A DNA stretch of 63,895 nucleotides, filler included, from Chiloscyllium plagiosum (Eukaryota): NCBI RefSeq assembly GCF_004010195.1. It is 4 parts of one record of this genome, joined end to end, with 100 filler letters (N's around TTAATTAATTAA, not from the genome) between each part and the next. Parts side by side here need not be neighbours in the genome. Positions count along the whole stretch, not along the records: positions 1 to 20,943 come from NC_057711.1; 3 more parts are not named here. The stretch is one strand, 5' to 3'. Under the pieces are notes generated by a model. It was given only the letters and a program-made list of their open reading frames with translations, did no database searches and had not been told where the DNA came from. Positions 1-12,252 of the stretch are shown here, in pieces; within the stretch, counting starts at the first letter, position 1; every line of letters starts with the position of its first letter. A program made the position numbers and the translations under genes.

Positions 1-152
1 CTTTCTCCCCACCCCCACCCTCCTCTAGCTTATCTCTCCATGCTTCAGGCTCTCTGCTTTTATTCCTGATGAAGGGCTTTTGCCCGAAACGCTGATTTTA
101 TTGCTCTTCAGATGCTGCCTGAACTGCTGTGCTCTTCCAGTACCACTAATCC
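1..152 (+). mobile_element. Penelope-like element terminal repeat fragment (family B) with minimal hammerhead motif at 66-90
   Basis: CTGATGA-A-GGGC-TTTT-GCCC-GAAAC followed by gatgctgcctgaactgctgtgctcttccag; same sequence recurs at 29279-29368, 51461-51730 and 58489-58675. Confidence 0.75.
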
Positions 153-1005
153 AGGATAGTGAAGAAGGCTTTTGATATGCTTTCCTTTAATAGTCAGAGT
201 ATTGAGTACAGGAGTTGGGAGGTCATGTTGCGGCTGTACAGGACATTGGTTAGGCCACTGTTGGAGTATTGCGTGCAACTCTGGTCTCCTTCCTATTGGA
301 AAGATGTTGTGAAACTTGAAAGGGTTCAGAAAAGATTTACAAGGACGTTGCCAGAATTGGAGGATGTGAGCTATAGAGAGAGGCTGAACAGGCTGGGGCT
401 GTTTTCCCTGGAGCGTCGGAAGCTGAGGGGTGATCTTATAGAGGTTTACAAAATCATGAAGGGCATGGATAGGGTAAGTAGGCAAAGTCTTTTCCGTGGG
501 GTGGAGGAGTCCAGAACTAGAGGGCATAGGTTTAGGGTGAGAGGAGAAAGATATAAAAGAGACCTAAGGGGCAACTTTTCACACAGAGGGTGGTACGTGT
601 ATGGAATGAGCTGCTAGAGGAAGTGGTGGAAGCTGGTACAATTGCAACATTTAAGAGGCATCTGGATAGGTAATATGAATAGGAAGGGTTTGGAGGGATA
701 TGGGCCGGGTGCTGGCAGGTCGGACTAGATTGGGTTGGGATATCTGGTCGGCATGGACGAGTTGGACCGAAAGGTCTGTTTCCATGCTGTACATCTCTAT
801 GACTCTATGGTGGGTGTGTGTTCTGCACTGCCAACAGTGGTAGTAGAGTCAGATATTATAGGACCATTTAAGCAACTCTTGGATAGGCACATGGAAGATA
901 GTACAATGAAGGGTATGTAGGTTAGTCTGATCTTAGAATAAGGTAAAATGTCGGCTCAACATCGAGGGCAAAGGGCCTGTACTGCGCTGTACTGTTCTAT
1001 GTTTG
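153..1005 (+). mobile_element. CR1-clade LINE (HER1-like) 3' fragments
   Basis: ORF 159-617 has LVRPLLEYCVQLWSP...LERRKLRGDLIEVYKIM, the CR1 RT C-terminus; ctatgact tail; a second subfamily tail follows at about 809-1005. Confidence 0.9.
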
Positions 1006-1054
1006 ATGTGCACTTCTCCAAGAAGACGTCTCTCCCTATTGCTTAATCCTCCAA

Positions 1055-2725
1055 CCCATAAGACCATAAAACATAGGAGTGGAAGTAAGGCCATTCGGAC
1101 CATCGAGTCCACTCTGTCATTTAATCATGGCTGATGGGCATTTCAACTCCACTTACCCGCATTCTCCCCGTAGCCCTTAATTCCTTGTGACATCAATAAT
1201 TTACCAATCTCTGCCTTGAAGACATTTAGCGTCCCGGCCTCCACTGCACTTCGCGGCAATGAATTCCACAAGCCCACCACTCTCTGGCTGAAGAAGTGTC
1301 TCCGCATTTCTGTTCTGAATTGACCCCCTCTAATTTTAAGGCTGTGTCCATGGGTCCTAGTCTCCCCACCTAACGGAAACAATTTCTTAGCATCCACCCT
1401 TTCCTAGCCATGTATTATCTTGTAAGTTTCTATTAGATCTCCCCTTAACCTTCTAAACTCCAAAGAGTACAATCCCAGGATCCTCAGCCGTTCCTCGTAC
1501 GTTAGACCTACCATTCCAGGGATCATCCGTGTGAATCTCCGCTGGACACGCTCCAGTGCCAGTATGTCCCTCCTGAGGTGTGGGGCCCAAAACTGTACAC
1601 AGTACTCCAAATGGGGCCTAACCAGAGCTTTATAAAGTCTCAGTAGCACATCGCTGCTTTTATATTCCAATCCTCTTGAGATAAATGACAACATTGCATT
1701 CGCTTTCTTAATCACGGATTCAACCTGCATGTTTACCTTTAGAGAATCCTCAACTAGCACTCCCAGATCCCTCTGTACTTTGGCTTTATGAATTTTCTCA
1801 CCGTTTAGAAAGTAGTCCATGCTTGTATTCTTTTCTCCAAAGTGCAAGACCTCGCATTTGCTCACATTGAATTCCATCAGCCATTTCCTGGACCACTCTT
1901 CCAAACTGTCTAGATCCTTCTGCAGCCTCCCCACTTCCTCAGTACTACCTGCCTGTCCACCTAACTTTGTATCATCGGCAAACTTCGCTAGAATGCCCCC
2001 AGTCCCTTCATCCAGATCATTAATATATAAAGTGAACAGCTGCAGCCCCAACACTGAACCCTGCGGGACACCGCCTGTCACCGGCTGCCATTCCAAAAAA
2101 GAACCTTTTATCCCAACTCTCTGCCTTCCGTCAGACAGCCAATCCTCAATCCATACCAGTAGCTCACCTCGAACACCATGGGCCCTCACCTTGCTCAGCA
2201 GCCTCCCGTGTGGCACCTTATCAAAGGCCTTTTGGAAGTCCAGGTAGACCACATCCACTGGGTTTCCCAGTCTAATCTACTTGTCACCTCTTCAAAGAAC
2301 TCCAACAGATTTGTCAGGCACGACCTCCCCTTACTAAATCCATGTTGACTTGTTCTAATCCGACCCTGCTCTTCCAAGAATTTAGAAACCTCATCCTTAA
2401 TGATGGATTCTAGAATTTTACCAACAACCAAGGTTAGGCTAATTGGTCTATAATTTTCCATCTTTTGTCTTGATCCTTTCTTGAACAATGGGGTTACAAC
2501 AGTGGTCTTCCAATCATCCGGGACTTTCCCTGACTCCAGTAACTTTTGAAAGATCTCAACCAGCGCCTACGCTATTTCCTCAGCCACCTCCCTCAGAACT
2601 CTAGGATGTAGCCCATCGGGGCCAGGAGATTTTTCAATTTTAAGACCTTTCAGCTTTTCCAGCACTATCTCTTTTGTAATGGCAACCATACTCAACTCAG
2701 CCCCCTGACTCCCTTTAATTGTTGG
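1055..2725 (-). mobile_element. CR1 LINE, relatively intact RT region
   Basis: ORFs 2195-2488 (NYRPISLT, QHGF) and 1404-2258 (YLDFQKAFDKVPH, GVPQGSVLG, KFADD, RPHLEYCVQFW); short tandem 3' tail near 1055-1075. Confidence 0.95.
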
Positions 2726-3258
2726 GATAAGATCCCGTTGTAATCTGAAGTAACCTTCTTTGCTGACAACTACATCTCCAATTTTGGTGTCATCTGCAAA
2801 CTTACTAACTCTATCTCCTATGTTCATATTCAAATAATTTATATAAATGATGAAAAATAGGAGCATTGAAGTCTGAGGGGTGTCCTCATAGAGGTTTAAA
2901 AAATCATGAGGGGCATGGATAGAATAAATAAACAAAGTCTTTCCGTGGGGTGGGAGAGTCCAGAACTTGAGGGCATAGGTTTAGGGTGAGAGGGGAAAGA
3001 TATAAAGGGACCTAAGGGGCAACATTTTCATGCAGAGAGTGGTGCATGTATGGAATGAGCTGCCAAAGGATGTGGTGGAGGCTGGTACAATTGCAACATT
3101 AAAAAGGTATCTGGATAAGTATATGAATAGGAAGAGTTGAGAGGGATATGGGCCAAGAGCTAGCAAATGAGAACTAAGATTGGGTTGGGATATCCGGTCG
3201 ACATGGACCAGTTGGACCAAAGAGTCTGTTTCTCTGCTGTACATCTCTATGAGTCTAT
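2726..3258. mobile_element. CR1 fragments (minus-strand RT piece, then plus-strand 3' end)
   Basis: KFADDTKIG on minus strand at about 2730-2860; plus-strand 3' end matches 420-808. Confidence 0.85.
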
Positions 3259-3551
3259 AAGAAGTCACAACTTCTCCAATGGACCCACATATTTGAAATT
3301 CCTCATTCATAGAATTATTATTGTCAATATTTTCTGTCAGCATTTTTTTGCCTGTACATCTTTCCTTATATATGGCACACAGAACTGGATGTAATATACC
3401 AGTTGAGGCCAAACCCATATTTTATATGTGTTTATATAAAAGATAGTATATTTTGTATATTTTTGATTGCGGACTAAAATGGAAAAGGACAACTTTAAAA
3501 CAAGTAATCTGACACTTATTGGGAGCATTGTTTACACACTTTTTGTTCCAG

Positions 3552-3593
3552 CAGTGGTGGAGGCCTTGTTTGCAAACAAGCTGGAGCCAAGGG
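3552..3593 (+). CDS. Candidate 42-nt microexon of an unidentified host gene
   Basis: Pyrimidine tract ctttttgttccAG, then an open exon (phase-1 reading xVVEALFANKLEPR), then GGG|GTACGT donor; lies in a non-repetitive island. Confidence 0.25.
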
Positions 3594-3644
3594 GTACGTA
3601 GGAATGGAACTTTGCCTGGCAACAAGGGACTGAGAAACAGAGAG

Positions 3645-3775
3645 AAAAGAACTATAGATGCTGGAAATTAGAAACAAAATCAGAAATTGATGGAAAATCT
3701 CAGTATGTCCAGCACCATCTGTGGATAAAAAGCAGAGTTAATGTTTTGGGTCCAATGACCTTTCTTCAGAACTCC
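3645..3775 (-). mobile_element. Degenerate PLE terminal repeat with hammerhead-like motif
   Basis: Reverse complement reads CTGAAGA-AAGGTC-ATTG-GACCC-AAAAC; flanked by gatgctggaaa/gcaccatctgtgga typical of the PLE repeats here. Confidence 0.55.
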
Positions 3776-5582
3776 AATTATGTCAGAAGTCCCTAACTAG
3801 TCTGAGGACTACTGACCAGTTATTAATGACAACAGCTCAAGTTGAAGCATTTTTTGACAAGAGCAATCATATCTCTGCAAAGACAGGAACTTTCTCCATT
3901 CTCTGTAGTAAAAGTCATCTGAAATCTGATGATAACTAGTTTATTTCCCCTTGCCACTTACTGTTAACTATGACTTTTAATTAATAAGTCAAATAATTTT
4001 CTAAATGGGAAGCAGTCACCCTGTGCCTGCTGCATATCTGGAGAAGGAAAATCAGGTATCAGTATCCGAATCAGAATAACCACCATCTCAAGTCTTTCCA
4101 GATTTTCCTCTGTCTATAATGTGCATTTTTCTTCCTGTCTTTGTCAGTAGGTTTACATGTGTAGAGGGGGAGTTTATAACTGGGTTAGAGCTTTAACTAC
4201 TAGAGCTATGTGCCAATGGTTCATAATTGTCTATCTGTAGCTAGAGTCTATTTATTTGTAATAAATAGAAACTTTTGCCAAAAGCAAAAACCTGATCTGT
4301 GCTTCTGTCAACCTGGATCAGAAAGTCTGGTAAATTGGGGAATTCTACGTATTTTTCAATGTCATTAACTTTTGTGATGACTCTAGGAATAGAGGGGCTT
4401 GATTTCCCTGAAGCGAACTCAGTGAGACATTGTGTTTATCATAAATGTCTTGCCTTTGTACTCTACCCATCTGCAAAGGCTCAGTCATTATGATGATGTA
4501 CAATGTTCCTATAGCATGGCCCTCCAGAGAAGTGTGGATACAGAGTACACTGAAGGACAGCTAAACTGGAGTGGTGGATTAAGAGGTAAGAGAGGAAGGT
4601 TGGGTTGCAGAGGCAGAAGCAAAAGTGGCTCAACAGGGAGATGTTCTTGCTACACGGCAATGTGGCATCAGAGAATCCCTCAAGTCTCCTTGATGGGTAT
4701 CTGGCCTTTGGTTGTCCTATGTCATTTCAGATCTCTGTGGTCCAGTGGCAACCTTTGTAACATACTCATTCCCTCAGGGAAAGCAACAATGCCAGTGATA
4801 ACGACTCTGATTGTCTGAAATCCACCAGCATTTCTGAATTGGATTGGAACTTGAATTGAGAAGCTCATCTGAGTGGAGTGAAATTTACGTGGTCCAGCAT
4901 ATTTGAAGGTAGGCAGGTAGATGAAATAAGGCAAACAGCCAGTCCGTCACTTTCCTGTCTTCCCTACAGCCTATTGTGGCCTCTAACTGAAAATTAATTG
5001 CCACTCAACAGTGCTGATCTGCCACTGCCACCTAGTTGAGAAAGGAAGGAATAATTAGCAGCCCAGCAGCCTTCACTGCTGGGGTGGTCACCTGCATCAA
5101 CTTAAGAACTAGACAATTCAGCCCCTGAAGCATTCTTTGCCATGTAGTACAATCACAGCTGATTTTATCTCAGACTCAACACTCCACACAGCCTCTAGAG
5201 TCCAAACTTATCCCCACCTCCTTTACTGATGTCTACTAGGTAGGTCAGTACAAAATCCTCACACTTACCTGAGCTTCAAGATCCATTGCATTTCATCTTC
5301 AGGAGCTGCTTCTAATCCCAGTAGACTTTTACATGATACCAGACTACAGACTTTCTGCTGGGGAAGGAGCTGCCAGTTAATAAGATTAGCCAGCTTCTTT
5401 CCAGGATAAGACTTCTTCTCCTGGAGAGACAGATAATCTATTCTGAACTGTATAAGGCTGGCTCACTGCATAATTTCATCAGGGCAGCCAGATTTCTCAT
5501 TGATGGGATGCCAATGGGCCTGTCAGCAGGGGTGATGGAGGGTCTGGTGTGGATCATTGCAACTTTCCACTGAAGTCAGGTT

Positions 5583-6673
5583 TAGAGTCATAGAGTCATA
5601 GAGATGTACAGCAAGGAAACAGACCCTTCGGTCCAACTCGTCCATGCCGACCAGATATCCCAACCCAATCTAGTCCCACCTGCCAGAGGTGGGAGGCACT
5701 ACCCGTGTAGTGCCTCGGGTTTCTCTCCTAATCGCTTTTAAAGGGTGAAAAAACCTACCCAGCTAAGTTTACACTAACTACTTCCGGGTCTCGGCTGCCC
5801 CTCTGCCGAGACCCGGAATGGGTATATATTCATATACCCATCCAGATGCCTTTTAAATGTTGCAATTGTACCAGCGTCCACCACTTCCTCTGGCAGCTCA
5901 TTCCATACACATACCAACCTGAGTGAAAAAGTTGGCTCTTAGGTCTCTTTTATATCTTTCCCTTCTCACCCTAAACTTATGCCCGAAATGTCAATTCTCC
6001 TGCTCCTTGCATGCTGTGCTTTTCCAGCACCAAACTCTCAACTCTGATCTCCAGCATCTGCAGCCCTCACTTTCTCCTCGGTATTCAGCTGAAGCTATTT
6101 AATTAAACAATGCCCTCTATTTCTGGACTCTCCCCCACCACCACCACCCCCCCCCCCCCAGGGAAAATACTTTGTCGATTTATCCTATCCATGCCCCTCA
6201 TGATTTTATAAACCTCTATAAGGTTCAGCCCCTCTGCCTCCGACGCTCCAGAGAAAACAGCGCCAGCCTATTCAATCTCTCCCTATAGCTCAAATCCTCC
6301 AACCCTGGCAACATCCTTGTAGATCTTTTCTGAACTCTTTCAAGTTTCACAACATCTTTCTGATAGGAAGGAGATCAGAATTGCATGCAATATTCCAACA
6401 TTGGCCTAACCAATGTCCTGTACAGCCGCAACATGACCTCCCAGCTTCTGTGCTCAATGCTCTGACCAATAAAGGAAAGTATACCAAACGCCTTCTTCAC
6501 TATCCTATCTACCTGTGACTCTACTTTCAAGGAGCTATGAACCTACACTCCATGGTCTCTTTGTTCAGCAACACTACCTAAGACCTTACCATTAAGTGTA
6601 TAAATCATGCTAAGGTGAGGTGCCAAAATGCAGCACCTCACATTTATCTACATTAAACTCCATCTGCCACTTC
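5583..6673 (-). mobile_element. CR1 LINE 3' portion, interrupted by a hairpin-rich insert and a PLE repeat fragment
   Basis: Reverse complement of the CR1 consensus at 159-808; (agagtcat)n tail at 5583-5600; PLE piece at about 5976-6080. Confidence 0.9.
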
Positions 6674-7535
6674 TGAACAAAGAGACCTTGGAGTGCAGAT
6701 TCATCATTCCTTGAAAGTGGAGTCCCAGGTAGACACAATGGTGAAGAAGACACTTGGTGTGCTTGCCTTTATCGGTCAGTGCATTGAGTTCGGAGATGTT
6801 GTGGCTGTACAGCTCACAGGTGATGGAAATGTGTTGCTGGAAAAGCGCAGCAGGTCAGGCAGCATCTAGGGAACAGGAGAATCGACGTTTCGGGCATTAG
6901 CCCTTCTTCAGGAATCTCTATGCTAATGCCCGAAACGTCGATTCTCCTGTTCCCTAGATGCTGCCTGACCTGCTGCGCTTTTCCAGCAACACATTTCCAT
7001 CTCTGATCTCCAGCATCTGCAGACCTCACTTTCTCCTCAGCTCACAGGTGAGGCCACTTTTGGAATACTGCTTCAATTCTGATTTCCCTCCTACAGTTAA
7101 GGTGTTGCTAAACTTGAAAAAGTTCATAAAAGATTTACAAGGATGTTGCCAGGGTTGGAGGGTTTGAACTATAGGGAGAGGCTGAATAGGCTGGAGCTAT
7201 TTTTCCTCAAGCATCACAAGCTGACAGGTGATCTTATGGAGGTTTATAAAATCATGAGAGGAATGGATAGGGTAAATAGCCAAGGTCTTTTCATTGGGGT
7301 GGGGGAGTCCAGAACTAGAAGGCATAGTTTTAAGGTAAGAGGGGAAAGATTTAAAAGGGACCTAAGGGGCAACTTTTTCACGCAGAGGGTGGTGCATGGT
7401 ATGGAATGAACTGCCACAGGAAGTGATGGAGGCTGGTACAATTACAACATTTAAGAGGCATCTGGATGGGTATATGAATAGGAAGGATTTAGAGGGCTAT
7501 GGTGGCAAATGCTGGCAGCTCTATGACTCTATGCA
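6674..7535 (+). mobile_element. CR1 LINE 3' portion, head-to-head with the preceding copy
   Basis: ORF 7143-7409 LPGLEGLNYRERLNRL...GNFFTQRVV. Confidence 0.9.
6824..7037. mobile_element. Non-coding PLE-derived inverted mini-element with hammerhead motifs
   Basis: Inverted arms around 6911-6925; 14-bp TSD cagctcacaggtga at 6810-6823 and 7038-7051. Confidence 0.85.
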
Positions 7536-7569
7536 TATTGATTAAAACAGAAGAGAGGAATAATAAAGA

Positions 7570-8510
7570 AATAGACAATAGACAATAGGTGCAGGAGTAA
7601 TCCATTCTGCCCTTCGAGCCTGCACCACCATTCAATATGATCATAGCTGATCATCCTGAATCAGTATCCTGTTCCTGCCTTATCTCCATAATCCTTGATT
7701 CCACAATCCTTGAGAGCTCTATCTAACTCTTTCTTAAATGAATCCAGAGACTGGGCCTCCACTGCCCTCTGGGGCAGAGCATTCCACACAGCCACCACTC
7801 TCTGGGTGAAGAAGTTTCTCCTCATCTCTGTCCTAAATGGTCTACCCCGTATTTTTAAGCTGTGTCCTCTGGTTCGGCACTCACCCATCAGCGGAAACAT
7901 GTTTCCTGCCTCCAGAGTGTCCAATCCTTTAATAATCTTATATGTCTCAATCAGATCCACTCTCAGTCTTCTAAACTCAAGGGTACACAAGCCCAGTCGC
8001 TCCAGTCTTTCAGCATAAAGTAGTCCCGCCATTCCAGGAATTGACCTCGTGAACCTACGCTGCATTCCCTCAATAGCCAGAATGTCTCACCTCAAATTTG
8101 GAGACCAGAACTGCACACAGTACTCCAGGTGTGGTCGCACCACTGACCATTCACCTAACTTGTCCAGGTCACCCTGTAATCTCCTAACATCCTCCTCACA
8201 TTTCACCCTGCCACTCACCTTTGTATCATCAGCAAATTTGCTAATGTTATTGCTGATACCATCTTCTATATCATTAATATATATTGTAAAAAGCTGCGGT
8301 CCCAGCACTGATCCCTGCGGGACCCCACTGGTCACTGCCTACCATTCCGAAATGGAGTCGTTTATCACTACTCTTTGTTTCCTGTCAGCCAACCAATTTT
8401 CAATCCAAGTTAGTACTTTGCCCCCAATACCATGCGCCCTAATTTTGCTCACTAACCTCCTATGTGGGACTTTATCAAAAGCTTTCTGAAAGTCCAGGTA
8501 CACTACATCT
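7570..8510 (-). mobile_element. CR1 LINE with internal deletion
   Basis: ORFs 7661-8065, 8087-8335 (GVPQGSVLGP, KFADD) and 8339-8524; 3' part near-identical to 60272-60590. Confidence 0.9.
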
Positions 8511-8679
8511 AATGAATAAAACATCAGTGCTGAGGGACAAGTAACGATGTATGTCCCAGGTAAGACTTATAAACATGAATGCATGGAGTGTAAGGAATAT
8601 ATTAGACACAAATTCAAATTGGAGATTATGAATGTACATTGTCTTTGCCAAAGTATACAGCTTCATACCCTTACACCTT

Positions 8680-9110
8680 CACCTTACTGAATTTCGGGAT
8701 CACCATGATGTTGAACTGTTTTCCATAGCCTCCTTCTTCGTGCTCACTTCTTTGTACAGGAATCCTCACCATCACCACCCCCACCCTGTTCCACTGATCT
8801 CTTCACCCACCTCCAGTATTCACCCTCCACTTGGACTCTTCCTCAGGTTTCTTACTTGTCTCGATCTCTTCATTGAAAACATTGACACGACATCATCCAT
8901 CAAAATTTCTCTACTCATCTCACCTACTCTAACTTGTCTCTTTCTGAAATTTTCACATTTCAAGCTGTCAGGTCCAACCCTAACTTTGTCATCAAAGCCG
9001 CTAACAAGGGTTGTGCCATTGTAGTCTGGCACAATGATCTCTCACAATGGTCAGGCAGCATTCATGGAACAGGAGAATCGATGTTTCAGGCATGAGCCCT
9101 TCTTCAGGAA
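8680..9110 (+). mobile_element. Decayed PLE RT N-terminal fragment followed by an inverted terminal repeat piece
   Basis: Near 8985-9030 encodes VIKAANKGCAIVVW, like the PLE RT motif IKPADKGGAVVVW; 9047-9110 is a minus-strand hammerhead repeat. Confidence 0.65.
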
Positions 9111-10837
9111 TGATTAGGGATAGTCAACATGACTTTGCGCGTAGGAAATCATGTCTCACAAACTTGATTGAGTTTCTTGAAGAAAGATTTACAAGGATGT
9201 TGCCAGGGTTGGAGGATTTAAGCTATGGGGAGAGGCTGAAACAGGCTGGGGTTATTCTCTCTGGAGCGTCAGAGGCTGAAGGGTGACCTTATAGAGATTC
9301 ATGAAATCATGAAGGGCATAAATAGGATAAACAGACAAAGTATTTTCCCTGTGGCGAGGGAGTCCAGAACTGGAGGGCATAGGTTTATGGTGAGAGGGGA
9401 AGGATGTGGAGGGGACTTAGGGGGCAACTTTTTCCACACAGAGGGTTTTACGGGTGTGGAATGAGCTGCCAGGGGAAGTGGTGGAGGCTGGTACAATTGC
9501 AACATTTGGAGGGCATTTGGATGGGTATATGAATAGGAAGGGTTTGGAGGGATATGGGCCGGGTGCTCGCAGGTGGGACGAGATTGGGTTGGGATAACTG
9601 GTCGGCATGGACGGGTTGGACTGAAGGGTCTGTTTCCATGCTTCCATAGTCATCTCTATGACTATGACTAAGTAACAAAGAGGATTGATGAGGGCAGAGT
9701 GATAGACATGATCTATATGGACTTCAGTAAGGCGTTTGACCATGGGAGACTGGTTAGCAAGGTTATATCTCAAGGAATACAGGGAGAACTCGCCATTTGG
9801 ATACAGAAGTGGCTCAAAGGTAGAAAACAGAGGGTGGTGATAGGGGGTTGTTTTTCAGACTGGAGGCCTGCTGGGTCCACTACTTTTCATCATTTATACA
9901 AATGATTTGGATGTGAGCTTAAGAGGTATAGCTTGCAGATGGTACCAAAATTGGAGGTGTAGTGGACAGCGAAGACGATGACCTCAGATTACAATGGGAT
10001 CTTAATCAGACATGCCAATGGCTTGAGAAGTGGCAGATGGAGTTTAATTTAGATATATGCGAGGTGATGCATTTTGGGAAAGCAAATCTTAGCAGAATTT
10101 ATACACTTAATAGTAAGGTTCTAGGGAGTGCTGCTGAACAAAGAGGACTGCAGATTCATAGCTCCTTGAAAGTGGAGTCACAGGTAGAAAGGATAGTGAA
10201 GAAGGCATTTGGTATGCTTTCCTGTATTTGTCAGAGTATTGAGTACAGGGATTAGGAGTTAATGTTGCGGCTGTACAGGACATTGGTTAGGCCACTGTTG
10301 GAATAATGCGTGTGATTCTGGTTTCCTTCCTTTTGGAAAGATGTTGTGAAACATGAAAGGGTTCAGAGAAGAATTACAAGGATTTGAGCTTTAGGGAGAG
10401 GTTGAATACGCTGGGGCTGTTTTTCTTGGAGCGTCGGAGGCTGAGGAGTGACCTTATCGAGGTTTATAAAATCATGAGGGGCATGGATAGATTAAATAGA
10501 CAAAGTCTTTTTCCTGGGATCGGGGAGTCCAGAACTAGAAGGCATAGGGTTAGGGTGAGAGGCGAAAGATCTAAAAGAGACCTGAGGGGCAACTTTTTCA
10601 CGCAGAGGGTGGTATATATATGGCATGAGCTGCCAGAGAAAGTAGTGGAGGCTGGTACAATTGCAACATTTAAAAGGCATTTGGATGGGTATATGAATAG
10701 GAAGGGTTTGGAGGGATATGGGCCAGGTGCTGGCAGGTGGGACTAGATTGCTTTAGGATATCTGGTCGCAATGGACAAGTTGGACCGAAGGGTCTGTTTC
10801 CATGCTGTACATCTTTGTGCCTCTATGACTCTATGAC
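9110..10837 (+). mobile_element. CR1 LINE with a second CR1 3' end nested at about 9180-9669
   Basis: SQHDF/SCLTNLIEF is interrupted by a CR1 3' end, then resumes at DMIYMDFSKAFD; ORFs 9699-9905, 9962-10255, 10384-10746. Confidence 0.9.
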
Positions 10838-10945
10838 TTCACATCAGCTCTGATGAAGAGTCATCAAGACTTGAAACAATAGCTTACTGTCTCTCCATGG
10901 ATGCTGCTTGACCTGCTGTGATAACCAGATTTTTTGTTTTCAGTT
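10838..10945 (+). mobile_element. PLE terminal repeat with hammerhead motif at 10850-10877
   Basis: agct-CTGATGA-AGAGTC-ATCAA-GACTT-GAAAC-aat-agct, then gatgctgcttgacctgctg. Confidence 0.65.
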
Positions 10946-11219
10946 ATTATTGAGACATGGCTGCAGGATGGTCAGGATTGGGAATTAAATGTACCATGTT
11001 ACAAGGTTTACAGGACAGACAAGGAAAATGGTGAATAGCCTTACTGATTAAAAACAAAATTCCTTCACGAGTGAGGGAGGATATAATGAGGGGCAAGCCT
11101 TCATTGGAGACCATATCAGTGGAACTGAGGAAAATAAAGGATCTCAAAGTGTAATAGGTGTTATGTACAGACCCACTACCAGCAAATCTGATGTGTATAA
11201 GTACAGAAATTAGCAAGTA

Positions 11220-11625
11220 CAGTAGCGCCTCGACTTACGAACTTAATCCGTTCCGGGACCCGGTTTGCGAACCGAAAAGTTCGCGAACTGAATCAATTTT
11301 TCCATTGTTCGGATATTTCCGGAGTCTTTTCTCTTTTTTGTCTCTTGGAGGTTGGTGATGCCACAAGAAAACGATCCAGAGAAACTTGTTTTTTCTTTGT
11401 TGCAGAATTTTCCGAAAATGGGCCATCACGTTGTCATTTAAAATGTTCACTGCTCTGTTGGTCACAGTTTTGTTAGGGTGATGCCTCTCAACAAAAGCCT
11501 GCGCTTCACTCCATTTGTTCGTACCTTGAATTTTGTACATACGTTGAAGCAAAAGTTTACATACAATCCTGTTCGTAAACCGATTTGTTCGTGAACGGGG
11601 TCATTCGTATGTCGAGGCGCTACTG
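11220..11625 (-). mobile_element. Tigger/pogo-type (Tc1/mariner superfamily) non-autonomous DNA transposon (MITE)
   Basis: 22-bp TIRs CAGTAGCGCCTCGAC(T/A)TACGAA with one mismatch; TA at both ends (11218-19, 11626-27); internal minus ORF KWSEAQAFVERHHPNK...NDNVMAHFRKIL resembles a Tigger transposase C-terminus. Confidence 0.9.
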
Positions 11626-11732
11626 TATATATCAAAGGCAGAGCAGTACTAATGGGGGATTTTCACTGTAACATAGATTTGAAGAGGCAGGCCAGAATCA
11701 CCTCTCAGAACCATCATAAATTTCTGGGGTGT

Positions 11733-12252
11733 CGAGAGTGTGGTGCTGGAAAAGTACAGTAGGTCAGGCTGCATCCAAGGAGCAGAAGAATCAACGTTCT
11801 GGGCATAAGCCCTTCATCAGGAATGAAGCTTATGGGTCGGGGCTGAGAGATAAATGGGACGGGGCGGGGTTGGGGGGGAAGGCAGCTGGGAATGCGAAAG
11901 GTGGATGTCAAGGACATGCAGGTCTTGGGCCTCCTCCACTACCAAACTGTTACCACCCGATGCCTGGACGAGGAACGCCTCATATTCCGCCTTGGAACCC
12001 GCAACCACATGGGATAAATGTGGATTTCAACAGCTTCCTCATTTCCCGTACCCCCACATTATCCCAAACCCAAGCCTCCAACTCGGCACCGCCCTCCGAA
12101 CCCGTCCATCACTCCCCCCCCCACCCCCGACCTATCACCTTCTCCCTCACTGTCAATTCTCCTGCTCCCCAGATGCTGCCTGATCTGCTGTACTTTTCCA
12201 GCACTCCACTCTCGATTCTAAGCTCCAGCATCTGCAGTCCTCACTTTCTCCT
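11733..12252. mobile_element. PLE-derived element with inverted terminal repeats and a GIY-YIG C-terminal remnant
   Basis: 14-bp TSD aatttctggggtgt at 11719-11732 and 12253-12266; encodes ERLIFRLGT..PHGINVDF; minus-strand hammerhead near 11795-11820. Confidence 0.85.

Noticed and set aside
1404..2258. 284-aa RT ORF as a host or domesticated gene
   Set aside because: It is a truncated, frameshifted CR1 ORF2 with many paralogues in the window.
3290..3420. ORF 2981-3418 as a gene
   Set aside because: It is a chimera of antisense CR1 and an ancient CR1 remnant (YYIQFCVPYIRKDV).
4150..4440. Possible solo LTR
   Set aside because: Has AATAAA and LTR-like composition, but no termini or TSD could be fixed.
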